From a bacterium (GTDB lineage Bacteria; UBA8248): a stretch of 64,000 nt of DNA. Within the stretch, counting starts at the first letter, position 1. Each line of letters starts with the position of its first letter. The notes beneath the pieces were generated by a model that was given only the letters and a program-made list of their open reading frames with translations, did not search any database and was not told where the DNA came from. Shown here piece after piece: positions 47,690-57,905 of this stretch. The DNA lies in the NCBI GenBank assembly GCA_965219955.1, contig OZ244799.1:1248001-1312000 (forward strand), written 5' to 3'. Position numbers and translations under genes: made by a program.

Positions 47690-48466
47690 TCATTCGTAGA
47701 TCCAGGCAGTGGGGTCGGCTGCTTTGGCGAAACGGTCATATTGCTCAGCAACTGAAACCCTGGAAGCCTGACCTTCGAACTCGACTTTTGCGAAATAGCT
47801 CTCAGCATCAGAAAGCGTATCGTCTGTATCTATCATCAACGCGATGCCACCGACTTTTGGTGCCTCAGTACCAAACACCCTTCGATAATCTTCCAATACA
47901 TTGCGTCTTTCGGTTATCCATTTACCGAGATCATCAACACCACTTCTGATGACAATGTAATGGACCATCGGGTTCTTACGGCTTCTTAAAATCGTACCCT
48001 CAGGCACGCTAGTCTCCCAGATGTAGCCAATAAACCGGCTGTTGATGAAACTGGGGAAGCGGGGAAAGACGACATAAACGCCGGCCGCCTGGTCATCGGA
48101 CTCAAGTTTTCTCGCATCGGCACCTTCTGGAAGTTTCGTCACTTTCCATTTCCATGAAAGCACCGGAAATTTCTCGAGGTCGAGTTTCACTTCCCGGTAA
48201 ATGGAAACGGACGCCTTTTTGCTTCTCAAGCGAAGCACATTCGCATGCCTGTTTTCATCCTGGATGAGTCGAATATCCGCTCTTCCGTGCCACACCTTAA
48301 GCGCCCACCCTTTTGGCAACTGCATGGAACTTTTCTGAGCCGGTCTCAAGGCAAAGTCCGACACAACCACCTTTTCACTCTGGGCGAAAGCAGGGGCAGG
48401 CAAATTGGTGGCCACAAATATCGCCAAGACGGCGAAAATGGCCGGGGGGATATACTTCATGAGCAT
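47690..48466 (-). CDS. DUF3047 family exported protein
   Basis: Signal peptide, LSWKWKV, DDQAAGVYV, YIW, RNVLEDY and MIDTDDT. Confidence 0.82.
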   Translation of the reverse strand: MLMKYIPPAIFAVLAIFVATNLPAPAFAQSEKVVVSDFALRPAQKSSMQLPKGWALKVWHGRADIRLIQDENRHANVLRLRSKKASVSIYREVKLDLEKFPVLSWKWKVTKLPEGADARKLESDDQAAGVYVVFPRFPSFINSRFIGYIWETSVPEGTILRSRKNPMVHYIVIRSGVDDLGKWITERRNVLEDYRRVFGTEAPKVGGIALMIDTDDTLSDAESYFAKVEFEGQASRVSVAEQYDRFAKAADPTAWIYE

Positions 48467-48534
48467 GTCCTATGGAATTCTCAACGATTGGGCGAACCGT
48501 GAGATCACGGATAACCGCTGAGATTTAGGCGCTA

Positions 48535-49899
48535 TCAACAGTTCACCAATAGAATTACCAAGTCCATTACGTTCGTTCCGCTTGGTCCGGTGACTACACA
48601 TGCTCCTCGGCGGCGGAGGTAAACGTGACTATTATTATCGCGCAAATGGACATCTGGGTCAAGCCCTTGATTTTGCGCCGTTTTGGCTGTTCTTCCATCG
48701 ACAATCCCACCTGCGGCTTTTGTGGGGCCGTCTCTCCCGTCGGTGCCTGCGGCCAGAAGGCAGACGTTCTCGTGGCCGCGAATTTCAATGGCGAAAGACA
48801 GAGCGAGTTCCTGGCACCTGCCTCCCACACCATTTCCCAGGACTCTTACTGTTGTTTCGCCGCCATATAGAAGGCATTGAGGCGAGAGTTTGTTGCGAGA
48901 ATTACCTGAAATCCTTTTGGCGTTTTCCGCGATTGATTTGCCTGCCTCCCTGGCTTCTCCGCTCAAGGAATTGGTTTGCACCTTCACACTGTAGCCCATT
49001 GATTTCGCCTTTTCGAATGCGGCCTCAAGGGCGATTTTGTTGTTCGCCACAACATGGTGTCTAACACGCCTGAATATCTTGTCTCCAGGAGCAGGGGTAT
49101 CCGGAATCTCACCCCTGCAACCGGCTTCAATCCTGTTTTTTATCGCTTCAGGCATATCGCGGAACACACCGTAGCGTTGCAAGTACGCTTTTGCCTGAAA
49201 GAAAGTGGTCGAATCACCGGTCGCAGGGCCTGATCCAATCACATCGAGGGGGTCGCCAATCACGTCCGAAACGAGAAGAGCGATCATACGGGCAGGGAAA
49301 ACCTTCCGGGCCAGATTCCCGCCTTTCAGGTCCGACAAGTGCTTTCGCACACAATTGAGAGCTTCAATTGGGGCGCCTGCTCGCAAGAGCGAATTCGTGG
49401 CGGATTGCTTATCCTCGAGAGAAATTCCAGGCGCGGGTGCGGGCATCAGAGCCGAGCCTCCGCCGGAGAGCAGGAATATCACCAAATCCTTTTTTCGGGC
49501 GCTTCGAGCCAATTTTTCTATTTTCCGGGAGGCTTCCAGTCCTGAGATATCGGGAACCGGGTGGGCCGCTTCGAGAATCTCGATATGCTTGCATCTTTCC
49601 GCATAGCCGTATTGGGTGACGACCGCGCCTCCATCAATGCGATTTCCGAGACGTCGCTCAACCGCACGCGCCATCTGAGAACTCGCTTTTCCCGCGCCTA
49701 CAACCAGGATTCTCTCCGTTTCCCTGAGAGGTATTCTTTGTTCGCCACAAACGAGAAACTCCTGACCTTGCTCCTTTTCGATTCTCATATAACGATAAAC
49801 AGCCTCACCTGCATGAACGGCATTCAGCCCGGCCCGGAAGATGGCTCGCGCTTCTCTTTTGAGGGATCTCCGGCGTTTTGATTGCATATCGCGAGTCAT
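48535..49899 (-). CDS. Glycerate kinase type 2 (TtuD/MOFRL)
   Basis: GAGKAS, AAHPVPD, LSGGGSAL, GGETTV, GTDGRDG and TGPSGTNVMD. Confidence 0.94.
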   Translation of the reverse strand: MTRDMQSKRRRSLKREARAIFRAGLNAVHAGEAVYRYMRIEKEQGQEFLVCGEQRIPLRETERILVVGAGKASSQMARAVERRLGNRIDGGAVVTQYGYAERCKHIEILEAAHPVPDISGLEASRKIEKLARSARKKDLVIFLLSGGGSALMPAPAPGISLEDKQSATNSLLRAGAPIEALNCVRKHLSDLKGGNLARKVFPARMIALLVSDVIGDPLDVIGSGPATGDSTTFFQAKAYLQRYGVFRDMPEAIKNRIEAGCRGEIPDTPAPGDKIFRRVRHHVVANNKIALEAAFEKAKSMGYSVKVQTNSLSGEAREAGKSIAENAKRISGNSRNKLSPQCLLYGGETTVRVLGNGVGGRCQELALSFAIEIRGHENVCLLAAGTDGRDGPTKAAGGIVDGRTAKTAQNQGLDPDVHLRDNNSHVYLRRRGACVVTGPSGTNVMDLVILLVNC

Positions 49900-50017
49900 C
49901 TCATCGAGCAGAGAAATGGAACACGGGTGATGCTTCGCCCTTTGCGTTGATTCGATGTAATCTTGATTTTACATGAATCCAGAATTTCTTTCTTGGCATA
50001 AAGGTAAAGGAGAAGAG

Positions 50018-51022
50018 GTGGCTAGTGTCGGAATCATAGCCAACCCGCAATCAGGTAAAGACATCCGAAGGCTGGTGGCGTTGGCAAGTTCATTCAGCAA
50101 CAACGAGAAGGTTTTGATGCTTCGCCGCGTGATGGCGGGTCTTGCTGCAATGGGTCTGGACAATATCCTGATGTTCAATGATCTCGGCTCCCTGGGCGCT
50201 GTCGCAGTGGATGGCTTTCGTCATGAGAATAAAAACTCGAAAGTAAAGCTCTTTGAAGTGGATGCCAGAGGAGAGACGGCCGATTCCACCAAAGCGGCTC
50301 TCAAACTCCATGAGCTGGGCGTCCGGTGTATTATTGTGCTCGGAGGCGATGGCACCTGCCGTGCTGTCGCCAAAGGATGCAGCAAAATACCCCTGGTCCC
50401 CTTATCGACTGGAACGAACAATGCCTTTCCCTTTCCGTGGGAGGGGACTGTGGCAGGTATGGCCGCGGCTTTATATGCCTTTCATCCAAGAATCTATGGA
50501 AGCGAGAAGAAGGTGACGAAACAGCTCCATGTGAACCTTGACGGCGATTCCGAAAGCGCCTTGATTGATATCGCTATCATCAAGGAATCGTTCTACGGGG
50601 CGCGTGCAGTCTGGGATATAGGACGCGTGGATTCGCTGGCGCTGACGAGAAGCGAGCCCGGGCGTTTGGGGCTTTCTTCATTAGGTGCGAGTTTGCGCCC
50701 GATTGATGCAAACGAAGCCGTGGGCCTGTGGTTGAAGTTGGGAACGAACAGGAAAAGCGGACGTCTCATCCTTTCTCCTATCGGACCCGGGCAGATTGCT
50801 TCCGCCCCGGTGATGGAACACGAGGTCGTCAAATCAGGGGAAACGGTAAAATATCGAGCACCGGATACTCGCGTGCTGGCTTTTGACGGGGAGCGGGAAT
50901 GCTTGCTCAACAAAGGAGAAGAAATAGAAATATCGCTGCGACTAGATGGGCCGTATGTACTGAATGTTCCCGAGATTTTGAGGAAAGCGGCTGTCCGCGG
51001 CGATCTGAAGTCGAAGAATTGA
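50018..51022 (+). CDS. acoX: AcoX-like ATP-NAD kinase family protein
   Basis: VGIIANPQSGKDIRRLVA, LGGDGT, STGTNNAFP and AFDGERE. GTG start after AGGAG. Confidence 0.8.
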   Translation: MASVGIIANPQSGKDIRRLVALASSFSNNEKVLMLRRVMAGLAAMGLDNILMFNDLGSLGAVAVDGFRHENKNSKVKLFEVDARGETADSTKAALKLHELGVRCIIVLGGDGTCRAVAKGCSKIPLVPLSTGTNNAFPFPWEGTVAGMAAALYAFHPRIYGSEKKVTKQLHVNLDGDSESALIDIAIIKESFYGARAVWDIGRVDSLALTRSEPGRLGLSSLGASLRPIDANEAVGLWLKLGTNRKSGRLILSPIGPGQIASAPVMEHEVVKSGETVKYRAPDTRVLAFDGERECLLNKGEEIEISLRLDGPYVLNVPEILRKAAVRGDLKSKN

Positions 51023-51304
51023 CGGTCGCGAAGGCCCCGTCATCCCCGGAAGCGGAAGAAAAGTATTTGCATATAGTTGACAAAAAGTGGCCAAGTGATT
51101 ATTTTAGGCTAGCACTCGGGATGGTCGAGTGCCAACATGTTGATAAATAAAGAATTTTGGGGGCAACCTTTTTCATCTCAGACACTTTCGGGATGTTTTT
51201 AATCACAAAAACGAATTGCTCAACTTGATATCCGGGAAGAGAAGAACGGCTTGGACGCAACACTGACGAATGATTTGGCATAGTTTCTATTAGGGAGTTC
51301 TTCG

Positions 51305-52285
51305 TTGATACGAGTTGAAAACCTCACAAAATACTACGGCAAACTCCGGGGTGTGGAGGACATCTCCTTTCACGTCGAAGAAGGAGAGGTACTGGGGTTT
51401 CTCGGGCCCAACGGCGCCGGGAAATCCACGACCATGCGCATACTGACGGGTTACATGCCGCCAAACTCCGGTTCAGCCTGGGTGGCGAATGTCAACGTTT
51501 CAGAGTCACCATTGGAAGCCCAGAAAAATCTCGGGTACCTCCCGGAAAACAATCCGCTGTACGGAGATATGACCGTAAGAGCCTATCTGAATTTCGTAGC
51601 GTCAATGAAAGGCATGAGCGGTGCGGAGAAAGAGGCCGGCATCCAAAGGGTGGTCGGAAGTTGCGGACTCGAAGAAGTTGTCGACCGCTTAATCGGCAAT
51701 CTGTCAAAAGGGTACCGCCAGCGCGTCGGTTTGGCGCAGGCAATGGTGAACGACCCGCCTGTGTTGATACTCGATGAACCTACCTCAGGCCTTGACCCGG
51801 CTCAAATCGTAGAAATCCGGAACTTGATTTCAGAGCTCAAGGGCAACCGCACGCTAATTTTAAGCACGCATATTCTTCCTGAAGTGAACATGGTCTGCGA
51901 TCGGGTTGTCATTATCCACCAAGGCCATATCGCGGCCGAGGGAGCGCTCGATTCGCTGGCGGCGAATATGCAAGCCGACTCAACGATACGCATTTCGGCA
52001 ATCGGGGTCTCCGGCGCGCTATCCGATAAAATGAAAACAGTATCGGGGGTCGAGCGCGTAGAACTGCTCGGCACATCAACGGGGGAGGAAGCGCATTTCG
52101 CGGTGCATGCAAAAGGCGGTGATGACATTCGCTCTGATCTGGTAGCCGCAGTCTTCGCGGCGGAGGGAAAGCTCACCGAAATCCGCCAGGTAAGGCTGAC
52201 GCTGGAAGACCTGTTCGTTCGTATCGTCAGCGGAGAACACAAGCACGACGAGGAAACTGTTGATGAGGAAACCGTAAATGCATAA
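51305..52285 (+). CDS. ABC transporter ATP-binding protein (GldA-like)
   Basis: GPNGAGKST, LSKGYRQR and LDEPTSGLDP. Confidence 0.93.
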   Translation: MIRVENLTKYYGKLRGVEDISFHVEEGEVLGFLGPNGAGKSTTMRILTGYMPPNSGSAWVANVNVSESPLEAQKNLGYLPENNPLYGDMTVRAYLNFVASMKGMSGAEKEAGIQRVVGSCGLEEVVDRLIGNLSKGYRQRVGLAQAMVNDPPVLILDEPTSGLDPAQIVEIRNLISELKGNRTLILSTHILPEVNMVCDRVVIIHQGHIAAEGALDSLAANMQADSTIRISAIGVSGALSDKMKTVSGVERVELLGTSTGEEAHFAVHAKGGDDIRSDLVAAVFAAEGKLTEIRQVRLTLEDLFVRIVSGEHKHDEETVDEETVNA

Positions 52286-53054
52286 CACCTTCTGGATATA
52301 CCGACGCGAGCTCACCTCGTTTTTCTTCTCGCCCATCGCTTACGTGATCCTCGCCGCATGGACGGTATTGATGGGTATCTTCTACTCCGGTGCTTTCCTC
52401 TCCTATGCCGTCGTATCCATGCAGCTGGCCAGAAATCCCCAGGCCGCCGCGCAATACAACATCACGCCGACTTCCGCTGTCCTCGAGCCGGTCTTCTCCA
52501 GCGTCACCGTAATCCTCTTGTTCGTCGCGCCATTGCTTACAATGCGCCTGTTCAGCGAGGAGAAGAAACAGGGCACCATAGAATTGATGCTCACTTTCCC
52601 CCTGCGAAACGGACAAATGTTCGCCGGGAAATATCTCTCCGTTTTATCGATCTATCTGATAATGCTGGCAATTACTTTCGTTTATCCGGTTATACTGAGC
52701 GCTTTCGTCAATGTAGATTGGACTATCGTCTCTTCAGCCTACCTTGGCATGATTCTGACGGGCATGGCGTTCCTTTCCGTCGGTCTAATGGCCAGTTCGT
52801 GGACTTCGAATCAAATCGTCGCAGCCATGGTTGCCTTCATGATACTTCTCGCAACCTTTCTGATGGAAGCTCTCGCAATATCGGCCAGTGAGCCGTTATC
52901 CTCGATTCTCAGGCATCTTTCACTGGGAATGCACTTGCGGAATTTCATTCGGGGCATCATTGATACGCGCGATATAGTTTATCTCGTCAGCATCAATATT
53001 TTGTGTGGCTTCCTGGTGCTCAGATCTCTTGAATACTACAGGTGGAGAGGGTAG
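52278..53054 (+). CDS. ABC-2 permease (GldF-like)
   Basis: RRELTSFFFSPIAY, TMRLFSEEKKQGTIEL and TSNQIVA. Confidence 0.9.
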   Translation: MHNTFWIYRRELTSFFFSPIAYVILAAWTVLMGIFYSGAFLSYAVVSMQLARNPQAAAQYNITPTSAVLEPVFSSVTVILLFVAPLLTMRLFSEEKKQGTIELMLTFPLRNGQMFAGKYLSVLSIYLIMLAITFVYPVILSAFVNVDWTIVSSAYLGMILTGMAFLSVGLMASSWTSNQIVAAMVAFMILLATFLMEALAISASEPLSSILRHLSLGMHLRNFIRGIIDTRDIVYLVSINILCGFLVLRSLEYYRWRG

Positions 53055-53058
53055 GAAC

Positions 53059-54747
53059 TTGGAAAACAGAAACCTTTACTTGTTCATCGCCTCCGCCGTC
53101 TTATTGCTGATTGGCATCTCCGGCTGGGCCGGTCATGACCAGTTTTCCGAACCTCCCAGATGGGCTTACGCCACCATCGCCCTGGGGATAGTATGTTTTA
53201 TTTACACGGTGTGGATTTCGCGAAGTGAACTCCAAGGCGGCATGCGGCTCCGCTCAACCCGGACAGGCATACAGGTTGCGCTCATGGTTATCGTGGTGAC
53301 GGCGATATTGGTCGTCGTTGAACTCGTGAGTGTGAAGCACTTCAAGCGTTGGGACGTCACACCGGGAAATTTCTACAGCTTATCCGCGAAAACCATGAAA
53401 CTCTTGAACAAGCTGGATAGAGAAAAAAGGCGGATCGAAATCATTGCCTTTACCCGCAAGCTCGAAGAACCTGCAATAACGGAGATTCTGGACCAATATA
53501 GCCGGGCTTCGAAACAAGTCACTTTCAAGTTTTTGAACCTTGACGCCTCTCCACGCACCGCCAAGAAATATGAAGTAGACGCCTATGGCACATTGGTCGT
53601 GATTTACCATTTCAGCAAAGAAGAAATCGAGAAGCAGAAAAAATCGGAATCCCAGAACAAAGAGAAGAAAAAGACATTCCGATCGGAAAAGATTTTCAAC
53701 CTTTCGGAAAACGCGATCGCCAATGCAATACTGAAAACCATCCAAACCGAGCAGAAGCGCGTGTATTACCTCACGGGCCATGGAGAACGTCTATTCTCGG
53801 GGCAAGGGCGCGAAGCAATGAAGGCTTTGGCCATTGGCATGAGGGATGACAACTACCAGGTCGATGAACTTCTGCTGCTCAGAAAAAAAGGCGTGCCCGA
53901 GAATGCCAGCATGTTGATTATAGCCGCGCCTCAAAAAGAGTTGGAAGAAGTGGAAGTCGAGTATATCGACAACTACATCAAAACCGGCGGGAGACTTCTC
54001 GTTTTCCTGGAGCCTGACATGAAGCCGGGGCGTCTGACGGCGCTCCTGGAGCGATACGGCTTCAAGCTCCCCACGTCTTTCGTCATCGACCCCGAGTCGG
54101 TACGCTTCGAGTTGGCGGGTGGTAATATAATCACGCCGTTCGCCGTCAACTACGGACTGCATGACATCACGAAGCAACTAAAGGGTTTGGCTACGGTATT
54201 TCCCACTGTGAGACACGTATCTGCTACGGGCATGCCGAAAGCGGGATTGCATTCCGAGGATTTGATCAAAACGGGCCCCGGAAGCTTTACCGTAGAGAAC
54301 GTATCGCTCCAGAACGGCCAACTCGCCTTCGATCCGGAAACCAGGAAAGAAGGTCCCGTCCCGGTAGGCGCCGCCGTCACCGTGACTCTCGATCTTTATA
54401 CACTTGCGCAAGGCCAGGGGCCTCAAAGCGAAACGAAAACTTCCACGTCCGAGAAGAAAACCAGCGAGAAAAACGAAGCGAGAATCGTCGTTTTCGGGGA
54501 TGCTGATTTTGCGAGCGACGCTTTCATCGGCGCCCAGGGCAATGCGAATCTCATTTTTAACACCGTGAACTGGCTCGGTGGCGAGAAAGACCTGATCACC
54601 ATCCGTCCCAAGAGCCGAGCGGGCGAACCTCTCGTATTGGCCGGCGGAGAAGGCCGGTTCGTTCATTTGTTCACCGTCTGGGTCATGCCATTGTTCATCA
54701 TCCTTATCGGAGCCGCCGTCTACGTCAGGAGAAGGCAACTGCGGTGA
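53059..54747 (+). CDS. GldG-like ABC transporter auxiliary protein
   Basis: RWDVT..YSLS, YYLTGHGE, VVFGDADF, NTVNWL and a C-terminal TM helix. Confidence 0.88.
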   Translation: MENRNLYLFIASAVLLLIGISGWAGHDQFSEPPRWAYATIALGIVCFIYTVWISRSELQGGMRLRSTRTGIQVALMVIVVTAILVVVELVSVKHFKRWDVTPGNFYSLSAKTMKLLNKLDREKRRIEIIAFTRKLEEPAITEILDQYSRASKQVTFKFLNLDASPRTAKKYEVDAYGTLVVIYHFSKEEIEKQKKSESQNKEKKKTFRSEKIFNLSENAIANAILKTIQTEQKRVYYLTGHGERLFSGQGREAMKALAIGMRDDNYQVDELLLLRKKGVPENASMLIIAAPQKELEEVEVEYIDNYIKTGGRLLVFLEPDMKPGRLTALLERYGFKLPTSFVIDPESVRFELAGGNIITPFAVNYGLHDITKQLKGLATVFPTVRHVSATGMPKAGLHSEDLIKTGPGSFTVENVSLQNGQLAFDPETRKEGPVPVGAAVTVTLDLYTLAQGQGPQSETKTSTSEKKTSEKNEARIVVFGDADFASDAFIGAQGNANLIFNTVNWLGGEKDLITIRPKSRAGEPLVLAGGEGRFVHLFTVWVMPLFIILIGAAVYVRRRQLR

Positions 54748-56606
54748 ACCCCAAGAAAAATCTCTTATTACTACTCGTTTTAATCGTCATCGGTGGCGCT
54801 TATTACGTCTACGACGTGAAATGGGCCGCCGAGGAACGCGCCGCCGAGGAGCGCAAGGTCAAACTCCTGAAGGGAATTGACGAAAAGGCGCTGATAAGAA
54901 TCGACGTAACAAGAGAAGAGGAACCCTATCAGATTATCCGAACGGAAAAAGGGTGGCGTTTCGTCAAGCCCATCGACGCTGCTGTCGATGCCGATGCGCT
55001 CAAGAAACTCCTCGAAGCCGCGACCAAACTCCGCGAGCGCAGACGCATCGGAAACGTACAAGACAGGTCAGAGTTCGGAATGGACAAGCCCAGGATGAAA
55101 ATCACGTTCGGGCTGAAAGACAAAGACGATATTTCCGTCGAAATCGGGGACAGAACCCCCACGCGCGAGTTCCGATACGCCGCACTGGCGAAGACCCCTG
55201 GAATATTCACCCTCCAGCTTTCAGACATCGGCGAATTCAACAAGACGGTATTCAGCATTCGGGATAGATCGATCGTTCCCGTGATGCCCGAAAGCGCGCA
55301 AAAGGTGATTGTCGAGCCTCAAGACGGCGACGATTTCACCGTCGTCCGCAAGAGCAAAGACGAGTGGGCGCTGGTCAAGCCCATCGAGGACAGGGCCGAT
55401 GCCATAGATTCGGAGGGCATCGTATCTACGCTCAGATGGGACAAGGTGCAAAAATTCGTTGAGGAAAAGCCGAAGAATCTCGCCCCCTATGGCCTGGATA
55501 AGCCAAGACTCACTGTGCGTATTTTCACCGAGGACAAGCAAAAACCCGCAGACGGCGTCATCCTGGGCGACAGAAAAGTAGAGGCGCCCGGGCCGAGGAG
55601 CGGCCAGAAAAAGCCAAAAGCCTATTATTACGCCAGGAGGCTCTCCGGCGGCCCCGTAATGCTCATCAATGAAAAAACGGTCAAGGATCTGCCGAAATCC
55701 GTATTTTCCTTACGGCACAAGACCGTCATCAATTACGATGTCGACCACGTCAAGCGTATCCTGATTGAATCGGACGCTCAAAAACTCGACATCGTCCGAA
55801 AGGCGAAAAAGAAGTGGGATCTCCACGTCACGGCAGGGGACGGGAAGCAGGAAAAACTCACCGGCCGCCACAAGCATGTGGACGACCTCATGTGGGACAT
55901 CAAGTGGATCAACTCGCTGGACTACGTGGATGACCCGGGAGGCGACCTGTCGAAATACGGCCTTGCGCGGGCGGACGGGGAGGGCGCTCCGCTTCGCTAC
56001 ACCATCTGGCTGAAGAAGAAAGAAGATGCGCCCCTGGAAGATAAGTCCTTGATTATCGGGCGCTTCCTCAAGGAGGAGAAAAGGGCGTACGGCCGGATCG
56101 AGGGGGAAAAACGCCTGTTCGCCCTCAAGAAAGAAGATTATGACAAGATTACGAAGACGCCCTATTTCCTGAGCGAGCGGCGCATGCTCCTGTACGCGAA
56201 AGACAATGAAATCACTGAAGTTACGGCGCGCTTCCCGGATCAATCCTTCATGAAGCTCGAGCGCTTCGGCGAAGCCTGGCGCTTCGTCTCCCCCGAGGGG
56301 ATGGAGGCGGAGTCCGGCAACGTGGAAGACCTCATCGGCGCCCTCAGGGATTTCGAGCGGGAAGGGGAGGCGAAACCCGGCGAAGCGCCTGATTTCAAAG
56401 ACTTTATCGTCGAGCTCTCGGGGAAGGACATCCGCCACGGGAAGTGGGGCCCATATCGCTTCGCGGAGAAGGAGGGCTCGGCGTTCTTCTATGTGCGCGA
56501 AGGCGGGAAGGTTTACCGCATTAACAGGAAATGGAATGAGGATAAGCTGCCCAAGTCATTGAAAGACTGGGAGAAAGAGAAACAATCCGAAGAGGGGACC
56601 TCATAG
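54744..56606 (+). CDS. DUF4340 domain protein (about three repeats)
   Basis: N-terminal anchor and repeated W..VKPI..AD / (F/Y)G(L/M)DKP units. Typical partner of GldAFG-like operons. Confidence 0.82.
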   Translation: MNPKKNLLLLLVLIVIGGAYYVYDVKWAAEERAAEERKVKLLKGIDEKALIRIDVTREEEPYQIIRTEKGWRFVKPIDAAVDADALKKLLEAATKLRERRRIGNVQDRSEFGMDKPRMKITFGLKDKDDISVEIGDRTPTREFRYAALAKTPGIFTLQLSDIGEFNKTVFSIRDRSIVPVMPESAQKVIVEPQDGDDFTVVRKSKDEWALVKPIEDRADAIDSEGIVSTLRWDKVQKFVEEKPKNLAPYGLDKPRLTVRIFTEDKQKPADGVILGDRKVEAPGPRSGQKKPKAYYYARRLSGGPVMLINEKTVKDLPKSVFSLRHKTVINYDVDHVKRILIESDAQKLDIVRKAKKKWDLHVTAGDGKQEKLTGRHKHVDDLMWDIKWINSLDYVDDPGGDLSKYGLARADGEGAPLRYTIWLKKKEDAPLEDKSLIIGRFLKEEKRAYGRIEGEKRLFALKKEDYDKITKTPYFLSERRMLLYAKDNEITEVTARFPDQSFMKLERFGEAWRFVSPEGMEAESGNVEDLIGALRDFEREGEAKPGEAPDFKDFIVELSGKDIRHGKWGPYRFAEKEGSAFFYVREGGKVYRINRKWNEDKLPKSLKDWEKEKQSEEGTS

Positions 56607-56644
56607 GATTCACCCTCCCGCCGGCCGCCCCGACTCGAAAATCC

Positions 56645-57045
56645 CCGCCGAACGCATTTCCCACCCGATTCCCACGAAAAAAATCATTGTGTCTCTATGT
56701 ATCAATCAGTTATGAGGCATATCTCGAATCGTGTTTAACTAATGATTCCGGCCGATTTTGCGGGCGCAATTCCCCGCATTTGCCGTCGCGCGCGCACCTG
56801 CCGGGGCGTGATATCCTCACGGTGCTCTTGCGAGAGGGGGATTTTCACCTCCGCATTTCCCTGCAGCGCGCCCCGCATTTCCCATCGAAAATTTGCCGGT
56901 TATTTATCGAAAAACCCCGTGAATTTATCTGATTTTATCGAAATTTACGGAAATTCCCTCGACTCCGGGCGAGCCGATCGGCTCCGCCATCATACCGAAA
57001 TCCCCTCGTGGGCGAGTCCCGCAAATACGGGCAAATGCGTCCGGA
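56645..57045. repeat. AT-rich element with CCGCATTT motifs and an IHF-consensus site, copy 3
   Basis: CCGCATTT at about 56773, 56850 and 56872. TATCAATCAGTTA at 56700-56712. 28-bp identity to 3769-3796. AAATACGGGC-AAATGCGTCC at 57023-57042. Confidence 0.6.
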
Positions 57046-57057
57046 ACCCTCGCTCTC

Positions 57058-57596
57058 GGGTTGTTGAAAAAGCCGGTTGCGGCGGCTCCGCAGAAGCCTT
57101 GGCACCCTCATACCGAGCAGGCGCGACCGCGCCGTATCGAAGGTTTGACCCGACCGAAGAGGGATGGCTAAAAGGCGCGACTTACCCCGCAGGTGCGAAC
57201 TTCACCCTTCGATACGCCGCCCTTCGACAAGCTCAGGACAGGCTCTTCGGCGGCTACTCAGGATGAGGGAAGTGGAGGGCGGAGCCTGTCCCGAGCGAAG
57301 TCGAGAGGTCGCTACCCAGGGTGAGGCGGAGCGCCGGGCCGCGCGGAACGGGGAGGGAAGGTTCACGGTCGAACCAGGCCGCCGCCCGGTGAAAAGTCAA
57401 AATGGATTCCGGCTTTCGCCGGAATGACGGCTTCGTGGCGAAGCGCATCAGCCGTCTCCGTAGGGATAGGCCCCCGTGCCTGTCCGTAGCTCTCGCGCCC
57501 TTCCTGTATTCGGGATGAATGCGCCGACGGGCGGCCACAGAAGGCCGCCTCTACGGTTGCTATTCGGGGGGCGCGCGGGACTTTTTCAACACCCCC
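57058..57596. mobile_element. Large MITE-like unit with multiple palindromic modules
   Basis: GTTGTTGAAAAA...TTTTTCAACACC, with CTTCGATACG/CTACTCAGGATGAGG, GGATTCCGGCTTTCGCCGGAATGAC and GTAGGG modules. Confidence 0.65.
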
Positions 57597-57604
57597 TCAA
57601 GGGT

Positions 57605-57823
57605 CTGTTGAAAAAGCCTTGATGAACGAGGGATGACGAATTATGGCCGCGCTCGCCGCGGATGAAAATTTCAACCGTAGGGGCGTCGAACTTCCCGAAG
57701 AGGGAAGTTCGACTGTGCCCGCCCGTATCGGGAATGTCCATGCCCGTAAGAAACCTCGGACAGGCACGGAGGCCTGTCCCTACGGCGAACAATCTCGAAG
57801 GTCGGGCAGGGGTTTTTCAACAG
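57605..57823 (+). mobile_element. About 215-bp MITE, copy A
   Basis: CTGTTGAAAAA...TTTTTCAACAG. Near-identical direct copy at 60349-60561. Confidence 0.8.
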
Positions 57824-57905
57824 CCCCCTCAAGGAGGGCAGGGGGTTGGTTTTCGAGGCGCAGGCACCCCGCCGTCAACGCATCAGGCGATGCGCCCAGG
57901 ACGAA

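Noticed and set aside
51305-56606. Gliding motility system
   Set aside because: GldAFG-like/DUF4340 ABC operons are widespread in non-gliding bacteria, and no other gld/spr genes are present.
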